A stretch of 64,000 bases of DNA from Candidatus Poribacteria bacterium. Its GTDB lineage: Bacteria > Poribacteria > WGA-4E > WGA-3G. Of this stretch, positions 1-9,955 are shown piece by piece; positions within the stretch are counted from its first letter, which is position 1; each line of letters starts with the position of its first letter. The notes beneath the pieces are model-generated. The model did not search any database, was not told where the DNA came from, and saw only the letters and a list, made by a program, of their open reading frames with translations. The DNA lies in assembly GCA_022825825.1 (NCBI GenBank), contig JAJDWA010000040.1, positions 10,488 through 74,487 on the forward strand, read 5' to 3'. The position numbers and the translations under genes were made by a program.

Positions 1-667
1 GGATAAAATTATAATCCATTCCCATTGTATCACGTCGATAGAAGGCAATGATAATTGGAAAAGGTGTGTGTTTAGCCGATTCCGGGAATTCTCCGCTACT
101 AATGAGGGCCCCATCTATCAGTTTATAATTTGCTGTAAACTCCTTTAAGTGTCTGAAATTTGTCTGTTTTATCAAGTACGACAATGGATGCAAAACACAG
201 ATAAAGTCTGCTTGAAGTTTATTATAGGAACGGAGAAATGATATTCCCAAGTCTCGACTTACTATATCCTCATCAACGTCAAAATCAACATTTTTAATTT
301 TATGACGAATAAGTGACGTTTTATCGTTATAGGGCGGGTTTCCTACGACTATCAGTCTTGTGGACTGCTGAGGAATACCGAATTTTTCCCTTGAAACGTT
401 GGATAAAGCGTTTGTTAGAAAGAACTGCACTTTATTTGTGTTTTTTCTTGCTATATCTATTGCATCTTCGTCTATATCACATCCGATTGTGGCTGCTTGC
501 CCATAATCTATCAGAAAATCTCCATATCCACAGGCACTGTCGATTATGATAGTCTGTGAATGGACATAAGGTTTAATTAATTCCCACGCCATCTCCACAA
601 ATTTAGGTGGCGTATAATAACTCCCCAAGTTAACCCTATCTTCATATTCTAAATGTTCTTGACTCAT
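1..667 (-). CDS. N6-adenine DNA methyltransferase, gamma-class (partial; C-terminus runs off the window start)
   Basis: Own reverse-strand translation from ATG (rc of 665-667; alternative in-frame ATG at 713-715) stays open to position 1: MSQEHLEYEDRVNLGSYYTPPKFVEMAWELIKPY..IIIDSACGYGDFL..CDIDEDAIDIARKN..LIVVGNPPYNDKTS. AdoMet motif I (DSACGYGDF) precedes catalytic NPPY. Absent from the ORF track because it is edge-truncated. Confidence 0.8.
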   Translation of the reverse strand, partial: MSQEHLEYEDRVNLGSYYTPPKFVEMAWELIKPYVHSQTIIIDSACGYGDFLIDYGQAATIGCDIDEDAIDIARKNTNKVQFFLTNALSNVSREKFGIPQQSTRLIVVGNPPYNDKTSLIRHKIKNVDFDVDEDIVSRDLGISFLRSYNKLQADFICVLHPLSYLIKQTNFRHLKEFTANYKLIDGALISSGEFPESAKHTPFPIIIAFYRRDTMGMDYNFI

Positions 668-768
668 TTCTCTGCAATTACGGTAGATTTTGGAATTATC
701 TTTGGACAGATGCATTCCTCTTGAAATTCCTTACTAAGGTAAGAGGCTTTTTTATCTTATAGTTCGTG

Positions 769-1884
769 CTAATTTTCATCTTCTTCGGACGCGTTAAATT
801 CCGTGTGAAGTTCCTCAAGGGTTTGGCTGGTAACAGCTTTTTCAAAGAGTGCCTCTAACTGATTGCGATTGTTGAGGGTGCGTACCTTTTCAGCAAGAGG
901 CTCTGGCACATTGACATTGGGAAATCGTATCTGTAAGAGCTTAAGAATGACTTCCTGTTTAGTTCGCGTTTCGCCTTGTTCAATACCTTGTTCAATACCT
1001 TGTTGCAAGTAATGTTCTGCCATGCTTTGCATGAGTTGTTTCTCCTCGTCTGAGAGTTCCACAAACGGGTGGTTCTCCAAGACAATTTGCTCTAACGCAG
1101 GCTGCTCCACAATCGGACGGCGATAGAAAATAAGTAGGTAAAGATAGTAGATCACCTGTTTCCACTGAGCACGTTCTGCTTCGGGACGGGCCCGCAAATA
1201 GTCACCCAGACGCAGCACCGCCTCAACGAACGCTTCTGTATCAGCGAATTCCTGTTTCAGCACCGTCAGCAACCATCCGAACGGATGATTAGACTTCAGC
1301 AGTGTTTCATCGCCTTCACTCTTGACATCAAGCAAAAGCGTCTCAAATTTCGGAACAAAGCGGTTAAGTGCTTCCGGCAAGTCCATGAGCGTTTCCAGCG
1401 AAGGGAGCGTCTCCCATTTCTGTTCACCGGTGTAAAAAACAACCGGGATAATCGGTTGAAATCGCCATTCACGCTTCGGCACGTCTTCTGCTATATATTC
1501 TCGACGTTGGCTGTCCCAAATCTGACACATATAAAACAGCAAGCGGAACCCCATCGTCCGATCCACAGTGGATTGATGTTCCACGAGAATATAGATCATC
1601 ACCTCCGTTGCGGCATGATCGACAGAGACATCGGTGTTATCTGTGTCGCGGAAGGGCAAGAGATAAACCAAGTCAGACTCCTGTTGCCGCAAGTTGTCAG
1701 GGATAAACGTTGTCCTTTTGATCTCAACTTTACTAAAATCCAGATACTCAACGATGTCGCTGGCAATGATTTCGAGGAGACCTCGGAGGTTCTCAGTGTT
1801 TTCTAACAGCCACTTCGCGCTCCGGTCAGGAAACTGTTTAACAGACGTTTCTAACGAAGAAAGAAAACTTTTGATGTCTAACAT
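769..1884 (-). CDS. Rpn/YhgA-like recombination-promoting nuclease (PD-(D/E)xK, transposase_31-like) with DUF4351-like C-terminus
   Basis: 371-aa ORF. N-terminal layout ..FIPDNLRQQESDLVYLLPF..IYILVEHQSTVDRTMGFRLLFYM.. matches my recollection of the Rpn/YhgA family core. The C-terminal ..GETRTKQEVILKLLQIRF.. resembles DUF4351. Confidence 0.65.
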   Translation of the reverse strand: MLDIKSFLSSLETSVKQFPDRSAKWLLENTENLRGLLEIIASDIVEYLDFSKVEIKRTTFIPDNLRQQESDLVYLLPFRDTDNTDVSVDHAATEVMIYILVEHQSTVDRTMGFRLLFYMCQIWDSQRREYIAEDVPKREWRFQPIIPVVFYTGEQKWETLPSLETLMDLPEALNRFVPKFETLLLDVKSEGDETLLKSNHPFGWLLTVLKQEFADTEAFVEAVLRLGDYLRARPEAERAQWKQVIYYLYLLIFYRRPIVEQPALEQIVLENHPFVELSDEEKQLMQSMAEHYLQQGIEQGIEQGETRTKQEVILKLLQIRFPNVNVPEPLAEKVRTLNNRNQLEALFEKAVTSQTLEELHTEFNASEEDEN

Positions 1885-2013
1885 GATCGCATCTTTTTTC
1901 GCCGGCCCGTCCTGATTTCTTCTTTTATATTATACGACTCCTCGCTTGTTTTCTCAAGTTTTTTGTCTAATACCAAATTAACTTGTGATATATTTTGGAA
2001 GGACTTGGACACT

Positions 2014-2089
2014 CGTAGGGGCAGGGTTTCCAAACCCAGTTCGAAAACATAATAAGTCATAGATCGGACAAGGAGACCTCGCCCCTACG
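2014..2089. repeat. REP-like palindromic element downstream of nuoL
   Basis: Perfect 9-bp inverted repeat cgtaggggc (2014-2022) / gcccctacg (2081-2089). It encloses a gggtttccaaaccc hairpin. A related core gcagggtttcaaccc recurs near 46021. Confidence 0.6.
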
Positions 2090-2125
2090 AACACCGAACA
2101 TGAACGGCAAATTCATTACAATCAC

Positions 2126-4021
2126 CTAAGCAAAAAACAGATAATATGCAAGGAACAACACAATGCCTATAACCATCGACACAATATATACTTGGACGAG
2201 TCCCGTTTGTAGTCGTCGTAATGTCCCACCAATTACTCGGATTAGTGCGGCTACACTGTTGACAATTCCGTCAATGATACCTACATCAAAAAGTTTCCAC
2301 AATAGAAAGTGAGAGGCGTTTTTGATGGGTTGAACAATAAAAGTATTGTATATCTCATCAACATAGAACTTGTTCGCGACAAGTTTCTGCAATGCGTTTG
2401 TAGGTTCTGCAGAAGGCACCCGATTTTTATAGCGTGTCCATGCATACGTTATACCTGCAATGCCAACAATCATTGAAATTACCATAAACAGAACTATGTT
2501 GCCTGATGCTTCAACGTGCCCACCTTTAAAACCTGCTACCTTTTCTGTGAAGTGGTGGAACCAACTATTATGCCCACCTACACCTAACAGTAAACCTATC
2601 AGAGCAGAAGGCACCGCAAGGATGGCCAACGGAACCCACATCACTGCTGGTGATTCATGCAGATGTGAGGCTACTTCAGGCTCAACGCGAGATTTACCGT
2701 AAAAAGTTACAAAAATCAAGCGGAACATATAAAACGCTGTTAGGAACGCGGTGGCTAATCCGATAATGTAAATTATTTTTGAACTTCCCCACGCGCTGTG
2801 CAGAATTTCATCTTTACTCCAGAATCCACTGAGGAACGGTGCGCCTGCAATTGCCAATGCACCGACCAAAAATGTGGCATGTGTTATCGGTAGTTTATTC
2901 CGCAAACCGCCCATTTTTCGTATATCTAATTCGTTTGCCATTGCGTGCATTACACTACCAGCGGTAAGGAACATCAATCCTTTAAAGAATGCATGTGTTA
3001 CCAAGTGAAAAATGCCAGAAGCATACGCACCGACACCAACACCGACAAACATATATCCGAGTTGGCTTACAGTGGAATATGCGAGAATACGTTTAATGTC
3101 ATTTTGTTTGAGAGCAATTATAGCGGCGAACAACGCTGTTAATACCCCAATCCAGGCGACAATCTGCCCAGTATGTGCCAGATTATATAGCACTGCAGAA
3201 CGTGCGATCATATAAACACCCGCGGTAACCATAGTGGCAGCATGTATTAACGCGCTAACAGGGGTTGGCCCTTCCATTGCATCGGGTAGCCAGACATAAA
3301 GTGGAATCTGCGCAGATTTACCTATTGCCCCGACAAAGAGGAGTAATGTCGCAATAACAAGTGTGCTTGCCCCGAAAATTTGCTTGAAAGTCCCTGCTTC
3401 TGCGTTATCAAATATGGATACAAAATCAAGACTGCCGAATGCTGCAAACAAGGTAAACATTCCAAGCAGGAAACCGAAATCGCCAATCCTGTTGACAATA
3501 AACGCTTTTTTACCCGCATCCGTCGCGGATTGTTTCTCATACCAAAATCCTATTAGCAGATATGAACAGAGTCCAACACCCTCCCAGCCAACAAACATCA
3601 TCAGATAGTTGTTGCCGAGGACGAGGATAAGCATTGCGAACACAAACAGATTTAGGTAGGCAAAATAGCGGGTATATCCTTCATCACCGTGCATGTAGCC
3701 AATGGAATATACGTGGATAAGAAATCCGACACCTGTAATAACTAACAACATTACGGTTGTTAGGGCATCAACATGGAATCCGATGTTGAAACTGAAAGAT
3801 TCGCCTGCAATCCATGAATAAAGCACTTCATTGAACGGTTTCTCACTTCCTTGTATGTGTGAAAAGGCGATAATTGAACAAATTAAAGAGATAAGCACGG
3901 TGAGTGCACCAATGCCTCCGCTCAGTTTCTCATTCCCTTTTAACCATTTGCCAAATAACCCGTTAATCAGAAACCCAACAAGTGGGGAAATTAACAGGAC
4001 AATAATTAGTCCCTTTGACAT
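2126..4021 (-). CDS. nuoL: NADH-quinone oxidoreductase subunit L
   Basis: 631-aa polytopic membrane ORF with a typical NuoL/ND5 antiporter-like sequence (..LMMFVGWEGVGLCSYLLIGFWY..). Directly follows nuoK. Confidence 0.95.
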   Translation of the reverse strand: MSKGLIIVLLISPLVGFLINGLFGKWLKGNEKLSGGIGALTVLISLICSIIAFSHIQGSEKPFNEVLYSWIAGESFSFNIGFHVDALTTVMLLVITGVGFLIHVYSIGYMHGDEGYTRYFAYLNLFVFAMLILVLGNNYLMMFVGWEGVGLCSYLLIGFWYEKQSATDAGKKAFIVNRIGDFGFLLGMFTLFAAFGSLDFVSIFDNAEAGTFKQIFGASTLVIATLLLFVGAIGKSAQIPLYVWLPDAMEGPTPVSALIHAATMVTAGVYMIARSAVLYNLAHTGQIVAWIGVLTALFAAIIALKQNDIKRILAYSTVSQLGYMFVGVGVGAYASGIFHLVTHAFFKGLMFLTAGSVMHAMANELDIRKMGGLRNKLPITHATFLVGALAIAGAPFLSGFWSKDEILHSAWGSSKIIYIIGLATAFLTAFYMFRLIFVTFYGKSRVEPEVASHLHESPAVMWVPLAILAVPSALIGLLLGVGGHNSWFHHFTEKVAGFKGGHVEASGNIVLFMVISMIVGIAGITYAWTRYKNRVPSAEPTNALQKLVANKFYVDEIYNTFIVQPIKNASHFLLWKLFDVGIIDGIVNSVAALIRVIGGTLRRLQTGLVQVYIVSMVIGIVLFLAYYLFFA

Positions 4022-4024
4022 ATT

Positions 4025-4324
4025 TTATCCTTTCAGCGAATTGACCTCATCCACATTAATTGTTTCTCGATGCTTAAAAACACTGACAATAATAGCTAAT
4101 CCGATTGCGACTTCGGCGGCAGCAACAGCCATCACAAAAAAAACAAACAACTGTCCCTCGACTTGACCGAGGTCACGACTGATCGCAACAAAGGCAAGAT
4201 TCGCTGCGTTTAGCATCAGTTCAATACACATAAAGATGATAATAGCGTTTCTGCGGATGAGAACACCGATAACGCCTATTGTAAATAGAAGCGCACTTAA
4301 AACAAGATAATACTCTAACGACAT
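4025..4324 (-). CDS. nuoK: NADH-quinone oxidoreductase subunit K
   Basis: 99-aa, 3-TM ORF (..[16 protein letters not shown]..) located between nuoJ and nuoL. Confidence 0.95.
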   Translation of the reverse strand: MSLEYYLVLSALLFTIGVIGVLIRRNAIIIFMCIELMLNAANLAFVAISRDLGQVEGQLFVFFVMAVAAAEVAIGLAIIVSVFKHRETINVDEVNSLKG

Positions 4325-4376
4325 ATAAAATCCTTTTCTCTAACTATATTTTAGACCCGATATCTTTAAACTGCTG

Positions 4377-4904
4377 TTAGTTTTCTATTTGTTTATCGCG
4401 TTTTACCAAAACAATAACACCAATTAATGCTGCTAATAAAATAAGCGAGGTAACTTCAAACGGTAAGAGGTAGTCTTTGAACAGAAGTTCACCAATCTTG
4501 TAAGTTGTTACAGGTTCCGTAGAAGCTTGTGCGGACTCAAGCGCTGTATTATTACCTGCTTTCACCGCAATATAGATGCCTTGTACAGCTAAGAGAATTC
4601 CCAAAACTATCGCGACACCTTTCAGTTTGCCTGTCAGAGCACCTTTCGCAGAAAGTGTACCGAGGTTTAGCAGCATAATCACAAAGAGGAACAACACCAT
4701 GATTGCCCCAGCATACACAATCACTTGAACAGCAGCAACAAAATGCGCACCTAACAGTACAAACAATCCTGCTTGTGCAAAAAACGTCACTATAAGCGAA
4801 AGCGCACTATAGATCGGGTGCCGAAACGAGATAACAGCAATCGCACCGATTAGTGCCACTGCGCCAAAGATAAAAAATAGAATCATTTCTGCATTCATTT
4901 GCAC
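4377..4904 (-). CDS. nuoJ: NADH-quinone oxidoreductase subunit J
   Basis: 175-aa membrane ORF with NuoJ/ND6-like sequence. AGGAGG RBS upstream. Its start lies 6 nt from the nuoH stop. Confidence 0.9.
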   Translation of the reverse strand: MQMNAEMILFFIFGAVALIGAIAVISFRHPIYSALSLIVTFFAQAGLFVLLGAHFVAAVQVIVYAGAIMVLFLFVIMLLNLGTLSAKGALTGKLKGVAIVLGILLAVQGIYIAVKAGNNTALESAQASTEPVTTYKIGELLFKDYLLPFEVTSLILLAALIGVIVLVKRDKQIEN

Positions 4905-4909
4905 GCCTC

Positions 4910-6100
4910 CTATTCTACTGCGTCCAAGCCACGCAGCGGTGCTGCGGCGGGAGTACTTTGCACTGTAGATTTGCTGTTATTATCCATTGCAAGCATCCCT
5001 GCTACAATTGCTACGACAATAAACGCTGCAACCACATTACCAATCCCTATCCAAAGACGATTACCGTTCGTTGCTATATATAAGGTACCGGTAACAACGA
5101 TTGACGTCAACGCAACGGGCAACAGGAATTTCCAACCGAAATTCATGAGTTGGTCATAGCGGAAGCGTGGGAGTGTCCATCGTACCCAAATAAACACAAA
5201 CAGGAAAATGCCCGTTTTGGCAAAGAAGATAGCAAAGGAAATAACACCGCTCCAGAAAGGCCCACCCACTGCTTCTAATCCGAAGAAGTGCCAGCCGCCT
5301 AAGAAAAGCGTTACTACCACTGCAGAACCTACAATCATGTTCATATATTCTGCCATGAAGAATATAGCGAATTTCATGCTGCTGTATTCGGTGTGATACC
5401 CCGCAACAAGTTCCTGCTCCGCTTCGGCGAGGTCAAACGGCAATCGGTTTGTTTCTGCAAACATTGCTGTTGTAAACGCAAGAAATGCGGGGAAGTGTAT
5501 CAGAAAATTCCACTCCCATGGGTTTGCTCCCTGATCTATTGCTATTTTACGGAGACTAAGCGATTCGGAAAGCATCAGCACACCGATAATTGCCAAGCCC
5601 AGAGTCAATTCGTAACTTATCATCTGTGCAGATGAACGTAAACCACCTAAAAGCGAGTATTTGTTGTTTGATGCCCAAGCCCCGATAACAACACCGTACA
5701 CACCGAGGGACGTTATTGCTAAAATATACAAAATACCGATGTTTATATCAGCAATCTGAAGCGGTATTTCAATTCCTGCTATCGTGATAGAACTCCCAAA
5801 CGGCACAACAGCAATTGCAATCATTGCAGGGACTAAAAGCATGGCAGGCGCAAGCACATAAAGCGGTTTATCTACGTGATTCGGGATGAGGTCTTCCTTA
5901 AAGAGAAACTTAATCCCATCTGCGATAGGTTGTAGGAGTCCTTGGGGTCCGACGCGATTCGGTCCAAGCCGATCCTGCATCCAGCCGCTCACTCGGCGTT
6001 CTGACCAAATCATCGCCATTACGCCAATAATCAGCAGATGAACAATGAAGAGTATCTTAATGATTGGAATAATTATTTGTTGTAATATGTCTATTTCCAT
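4910..6100 (-). CDS. nuoH: NADH-quinone oxidoreductase subunit H (with C-terminal extension)
   Basis: 396-aa ORF with NuoH/ND1 hallmarks (..WSERRVSGWMQDRLGPNRVGP.GLLQPIADGIKF..). AAGGAG RBS. Confidence 0.95.
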   Translation of the reverse strand: MEIDILQQIIIPIIKILFIVHLLIIGVMAMIWSERRVSGWMQDRLGPNRVGPQGLLQPIADGIKFLFKEDLIPNHVDKPLYVLAPAMLLVPAMIAIAVVPFGSSITIAGIEIPLQIADINIGILYILAITSLGVYGVVIGAWASNNKYSLLGGLRSSAQMISYELTLGLAIIGVLMLSESLSLRKIAIDQGANPWEWNFLIHFPAFLAFTTAMFAETNRLPFDLAEAEQELVAGYHTEYSSMKFAIFFMAEYMNMIVGSAVVVTLFLGGWHFFGLEAVGGPFWSGVISFAIFFAKTGIFLFVFIWVRWTLPRFRYDQLMNFGWKFLLPVALTSIVVTGTLYIATNGNRLWIGIGNVVAAFIVVAIVAGMLAMDNNSKSTVQSTPAAAPLRGLDAVE

Positions 6101-6142
6101 GTAATCTCCTTCTTGATGACGCGCGTAATTGAAGTTAGTAGG

Positions 6143-7798
6143 TTAATCCAACTTAATTCCTGCATCTCCAATATTTTGATGTGTTGCGTCACCGTAACCC
6201 GCGACATTCTCTGCTATCGCGATCGCAATTTCACCCGCGAAATGGTAGTCAATCTCCCCACCGAGTTGCTTTGCAAGCTGCTGTGTAATTTCCCAATCTA
6301 CCTGTGCTTCGCCTGGCGGATCGATTGTCTTACGAATTCGTTGTACCCATCCTGTTGAATTGGTGAACGTGCCATCTTTTTCAGCAAAAGTTGTTCCCGG
6401 TAGCACCACATCGGCTAATTCCGTAACTGCTGATGGCAAAACATCTTGCGCGATAAGGAAATCAACCTTTTCTAATGCTTCTCTTTCGGCATCTTCAAGC
6501 GCGCGTTCTGGTACACCACTAACAAGATAGACGACCTTTGCACCGGCGACCTTTTCCCAAAGTGCATCACCTTCTAAAACGACGTTTCCATTTGCAGAAC
6601 CGAGTATCGTCCGTGCACCTGCGGTGTTCGGGTTCTTGTCCGCTTCAATGGTAAATTGTGGGAACTTATGTTCTTCACCCGGTAGCTGCCCAAAGAGTCC
6701 CAATTGCGTTGTTTTTAGCACATCATGTGCAAACTGCTGTAAAACATAGTTGTCTTCATTCGTGCCTTGTGCAGAACCGATAACAACAATATCCGCAGCA
6801 TCAACTTCCGATAGATTTTCGGCGATCAACGTCAAAGCGTCTGCCCATTGCGTTGTAACGAGTTCACCGTCAACTCTCTTTTGGGGAAGTTGGAGGCGGT
6901 CATCGCTGTTGACATAGTGATAACCGAGGCGACCATCGTCACACATCCAATGTTGGTTAATATCTTCATGGAAGCGAGGTTTGATACGGTACACACCATC
7001 TGTCTTATACTCTACCGTGACATTACAGCCAACGCTACATCCTGAACAGACACTATTCGCTTTCTCCATAAACCACGGACGAGATTTGAACAGAAAATCT
7101 TTGCTAATAAGCGCACCGACGGGGCATATATCAACGACATTCCCTGCAAGTTTATTATCAAGCAGTTGTATGGGAATACCCTCATGGCTTCGGGGAATAT
7201 CAATTTCATCGTGGGAACCGCGATTGATTAACCCAAGTTCACCACTACCCGACACCTCATCACAGAAACGAATACACCGCGTGCAAACGATACAACGTGT
7301 GGAATAGAGCAGAACATCCGGACCTAAGTCCTTTTTCGGCGGCACGTTTTTGACTTCCAGATACCGACTCTTATCGTGTCCGTGCCGATAGCTAAAGTCT
7401 TGCAAGTCGCATTCACCTGCTTGGTCACAGACGGGACAGTCAAGCGGATGATGCACGAGCAAGAATTCAAGAATATCTTCTCTCGCTTTTATGACACGTT
7501 CACTGTCGGTTCGGACGATAGCGTCATATTTTTCTTCCAATTTTCTTTCAGGTGGTGCGGATCGGACTGTCAGTGTACAGCCTGTAGCTAATTGTCGGGC
7601 TGGACCGATTGTGCCTGGCGGAGCACCTGGTATGGGCCCGTAAGGTTCAACGAGACACATACGGCAATTTGCTGGGCGACTCAATCCAGAATGATAACAG
7701 TAGTGAGGCACCTCAATGTCGTGTTCCCGTGCTGCCTCTACTATATTCGTTCCATCTTCAACCTCTATCTCAAGGTCATTTAGTTTAATAAATGCCAT
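6143..7798 (-). CDS. nuoG: NADH-quinone oxidoreductase subunit G (short form)
   Basis: 551-aa ORF. N-terminal 2Fe-2S ferredoxin fold (CRMCLVE) and HHPLDCPVCDQAGECDLQD 4Fe-4S motifs, followed by a molybdopterin-oxidoreductase-like region. Confidence 0.9.
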   Translation of the reverse strand: MAFIKLNDLEIEVEDGTNIVEAAREHDIEVPHYCYHSGLSRPANCRMCLVEPYGPIPGAPPGTIGPARQLATGCTLTVRSAPPERKLEEKYDAIVRTDSERVIKAREDILEFLLVHHPLDCPVCDQAGECDLQDFSYRHGHDKSRYLEVKNVPPKKDLGPDVLLYSTRCIVCTRCIRFCDEVSGSGELGLINRGSHDEIDIPRSHEGIPIQLLDNKLAGNVVDICPVGALISKDFLFKSRPWFMEKANSVCSGCSVGCNVTVEYKTDGVYRIKPRFHEDINQHWMCDDGRLGYHYVNSDDRLQLPQKRVDGELVTTQWADALTLIAENLSEVDAADIVVIGSAQGTNEDNYVLQQFAHDVLKTTQLGLFGQLPGEEHKFPQFTIEADKNPNTAGARTILGSANGNVVLEGDALWEKVAGAKVVYLVSGVPERALEDAEREALEKVDFLIAQDVLPSAVTELADVVLPGTTFAEKDGTFTNSTGWVQRIRKTIDPPGEAQVDWEITQQLAKQLGGEIDYHFAGEIAIAIAENVAGYGDATHQNIGDAGIKLD

Positions 7799-7830
7799 AA
7801 ATATTACTCCAATGGCTTCGGTATTCCATT

Positions 7831-9306
7831 CTATAGATCAGCGAACTCTTTCGGAATAATTCGCTGTTGATACGCGTAATTTTCCTCTGGTGGCACTGTC
7901 GCTTCAGCAACAGGCAGGGTAACCAATTTGCCTTCTCGGATAGCGGCTTCAAATTCGGGTCTGAACTTTCGCATATAACTGACTGCCGGCCACGATACAG
8001 CAATGCCAAAGACACAGATAGTGTTCCATGTCATTGTATCCACATTCGCTATGTTATTCGCAACGTTTTCCAGCAGATCAAGGTCTTCGTAGATTTCCTC
8101 TGTTTCGCCAGTATCACCCCATCTGCCGCTTTCGGTGACACCGAATTTCGGTCGTGTGATAGTGGTTTGTCTGCCATCTCCATCGGCAATGCGTTGCACA
8201 ATATCACGTACCCACGGTGTACCCCATCGACACGGTGTGCACTGCCCACACGATTCATGCGCGTAGAATTTCATGATATTGAGTAAACAATCTACAATAT
8301 TTCGGGTTTCATTCATCACAATGATACCGCCTGAACCTAACATTGATTTGGCAAGCGTGAGCGATGTAAAGTCAAGCCGCGTGTCTAATTCATAGTGAGT
8401 TAGAATTGGTGCGGAACTGCCGCCAGGAATGACTGCTTTTACCTCTTCACCACGCAAACCGCCTGCGACCTCAATAAGCTCCGTGCATGTCAAACCGAGA
8501 TCCAATTCATATACACCCGGTTCGTTGACATCACCGCTGATGCAGTAGAGTTTTGTGCCTGTGTTCGGATCTGCTTTTGGTGGATCAAACCGTGCATCAC
8601 CGTACGTCGGTCCCATCTGTGTATACCATTCAACACCGTTACCAACGATGAAGGGTAGGTTGCACAAAGTTTCCACATTCTGCACGACGGTGGGTTTCAT
8701 GAACACACCTTGTACAGCAGGGAAGGGAGGTTTATTGCGGGGTTGTCCCCGTTTTCCCTCGAGCGATTCAATCAATCCTGTCTCTTCACCACAGATATAA
8801 GCACCAGCCCCTGGATGTGTGTAGATGTTAATGTTTAGCCCCGTGTCCCGGACATTTTCCCCCAGGTAACCCTGTTCGTAAGCCTCTTTAATGGCAGCAT
8901 CTAACATCTTTTTACCGAGCGTGAATTCACCGCGAATATAGACATAAGTGGTCTCAATTCCCATTGCGTAGCAACAGATGAGGATACCTTCAATCAACAG
9001 ATGTGGATTCTTCTCCAAGACATAGCGATTGCTGAAGGTGCCAGGTTCGCTTTCGTCAGCGTTACAACAGAGGTAACGCGGCTCAATGTCTCTTGGAACA
9101 AAACTCCACTTTTCCCCAGTAGAAAAACCAGCACCGCCTCTACCTTTCAATCCTGCTTCCTTCACCATATCAGCAATTTCTTCAGGTTGATATTCGGCAA
9201 TCGCCTTTTCAAAACGGGTGTATCCGTCATGTTGTCTAAAGACATCATAGGTGTTTATATTCGGTGTGTCCAGATGCTCGTAGAGAATCCGTCTTTCTTG
9301 AACCAT
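7831..9306 (-). CDS. nuoF: NADH-quinone oxidoreductase subunit F
   Basis: 491-aa ORF with the FMN/NADH site GRGGAGFSTGEKW and the N3 cluster motif ESCGQCTPCR. Confidence 0.95.
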   Translation of the reverse strand: MVQERRILYEHLDTPNINTYDVFRQHDGYTRFEKAIAEYQPEEIADMVKEAGLKGRGGAGFSTGEKWSFVPRDIEPRYLCCNADESEPGTFSNRYVLEKNPHLLIEGILICCYAMGIETTYVYIRGEFTLGKKMLDAAIKEAYEQGYLGENVRDTGLNINIYTHPGAGAYICGEETGLIESLEGKRGQPRNKPPFPAVQGVFMKPTVVQNVETLCNLPFIVGNGVEWYTQMGPTYGDARFDPPKADPNTGTKLYCISGDVNEPGVYELDLGLTCTELIEVAGGLRGEEVKAVIPGGSSAPILTHYELDTRLDFTSLTLAKSMLGSGGIIVMNETRNIVDCLLNIMKFYAHESCGQCTPCRWGTPWVRDIVQRIADGDGRQTTITRPKFGVTESGRWGDTGETEEIYEDLDLLENVANNIANVDTMTWNTICVFGIAVSWPAVSYMRKFRPEFEAAIREGKLVTLPVAEATVPPEENYAYQQRIIPKEFADL

Positions 9307-9340
9307 ATTTTTCCTCTACATATTGTCTCTTATAGTTTTT

Positions 9341-9371
9341 GTAGGTTGGGTAGAACGAAGTGAAACCCAAC
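9341..9371 (+). repeat. GTAGG-anchored hairpin (REP-like) inside the nuoE-nuoF spacer
   Basis: gtaggttgggt-agaacgaagtga-aacccaac. Same architecture and near-identical layout as the copy at 37360-37392 (gtaggtcgggt-agaagcggtagcga-aacccgac). Confidence 0.6.
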
Positions 9372-9394
9372 AAATTTCTATTTATAAAACATGC

Positions 9395-9919
9395 TTAATT
9401 TGGAAGCTGCGCCAATATCTCATCAACTTTTTCTGGGGTCAAATTCTTATATAAATCGTCATTCACCATGATAACAGGTGCGACGTCACACGATGCAAGA
9501 CACTCAACTTTCATCAAGGTAAACTTACCATCATCAGTTGTCCCTTTTGCGAGATTCGTTTCCAAAGCTATGTCTGTACCCAGTTTCGCTTTGAGATGCT
9601 CCAAAACTACCTTACAGTCACGCAATGCACAAGGTAACGTATGGCAGACGCGGATAACATACTTGCCTACCGGTTCTTCAAAAAACATCGGATAGAAGGT
9701 TACCACGTCTTTTACCTTCATCACGGTAAGTTCCAACAATTCCGCTACATACTTCATGACAGCAGGACTAATATAACCCGCCTGCTTTTGTGCCAAATGG
9801 AGTGTTGGCAACATCGCAGCTTCTTTAACAGGGTACCGACCAATCAGTTCGTCGAATTCACGTTTGTTTTCTTCATTAAACTGGAATGGTGTTTCGATTT
9901 GTATAATTTCATCTGACAT
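9395..9919 (-). CDS. nuoE: NADH-quinone oxidoreductase subunit E
   Basis: 174-aa ORF with a thioredoxin-like 2Fe-2S pattern (..VCHTLPCALRDC..VECLASCDVAP..). Confidence 0.9.
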   Translation of the reverse strand: MSDEIIQIETPFQFNEENKREFDELIGRYPVKEAAMLPTLHLAQKQAGYISPAVMKYVAELLELTVMKVKDVVTFYPMFFEEPVGKYVIRVCHTLPCALRDCKVVLEHLKAKLGTDIALETNLAKGTTDDGKFTLMKVECLASCDVAPVIMVNDDLYKNLTPEKVDEILAQLPN

Positions 9920-9955
9920 TTATGTTTTCCTTTTTTGGCTATCAGTGGTCAGTAA

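Noticed and set aside
313-549. 78-aa plus-strand ORF from the track
   Set aside because: It lies entirely antisense to the clearly coding, edge-truncated methyltransferase (NPPY and motif I are on the reverse strand). The sequence is low-complexity and has no RBS.
716-755. Hairpin plus T-run that looks like a rho-independent terminator between the Rpn gene and the methylase
   Set aside because: The T-run (cttttttatc) follows the stem only on the plus strand, and both flanking genes are transcribed on the minus strand. The stem is short (5-6 bp).
1285-1806. 173-aa plus-strand ORF. Similar long antisense ORFs occur at 28575-29108, 30518-31132, 45962-46498, 58104-58667 and 10128-10472.
   Set aside because: Each is fully embedded antisense within a gene that has strong family signatures (Rpn, thrC/Uma2, recD2, TIM barrel/Gfo, TPR, Uma2). 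Their sequences are low-complexity mirror images (e.g. repeated YTNSLIKVSKSFIRLVKL opposite the TPR repeats), and they have no RBS.
4904-6100. Possibility that NuoI is fused to NuoH, or hidden in the NuoH/NuoF C-terminal extensions
   Set aside because: The extensions contain no cysteines, let alone the two CxxCxxCxxxCP motifs required for NuoI.
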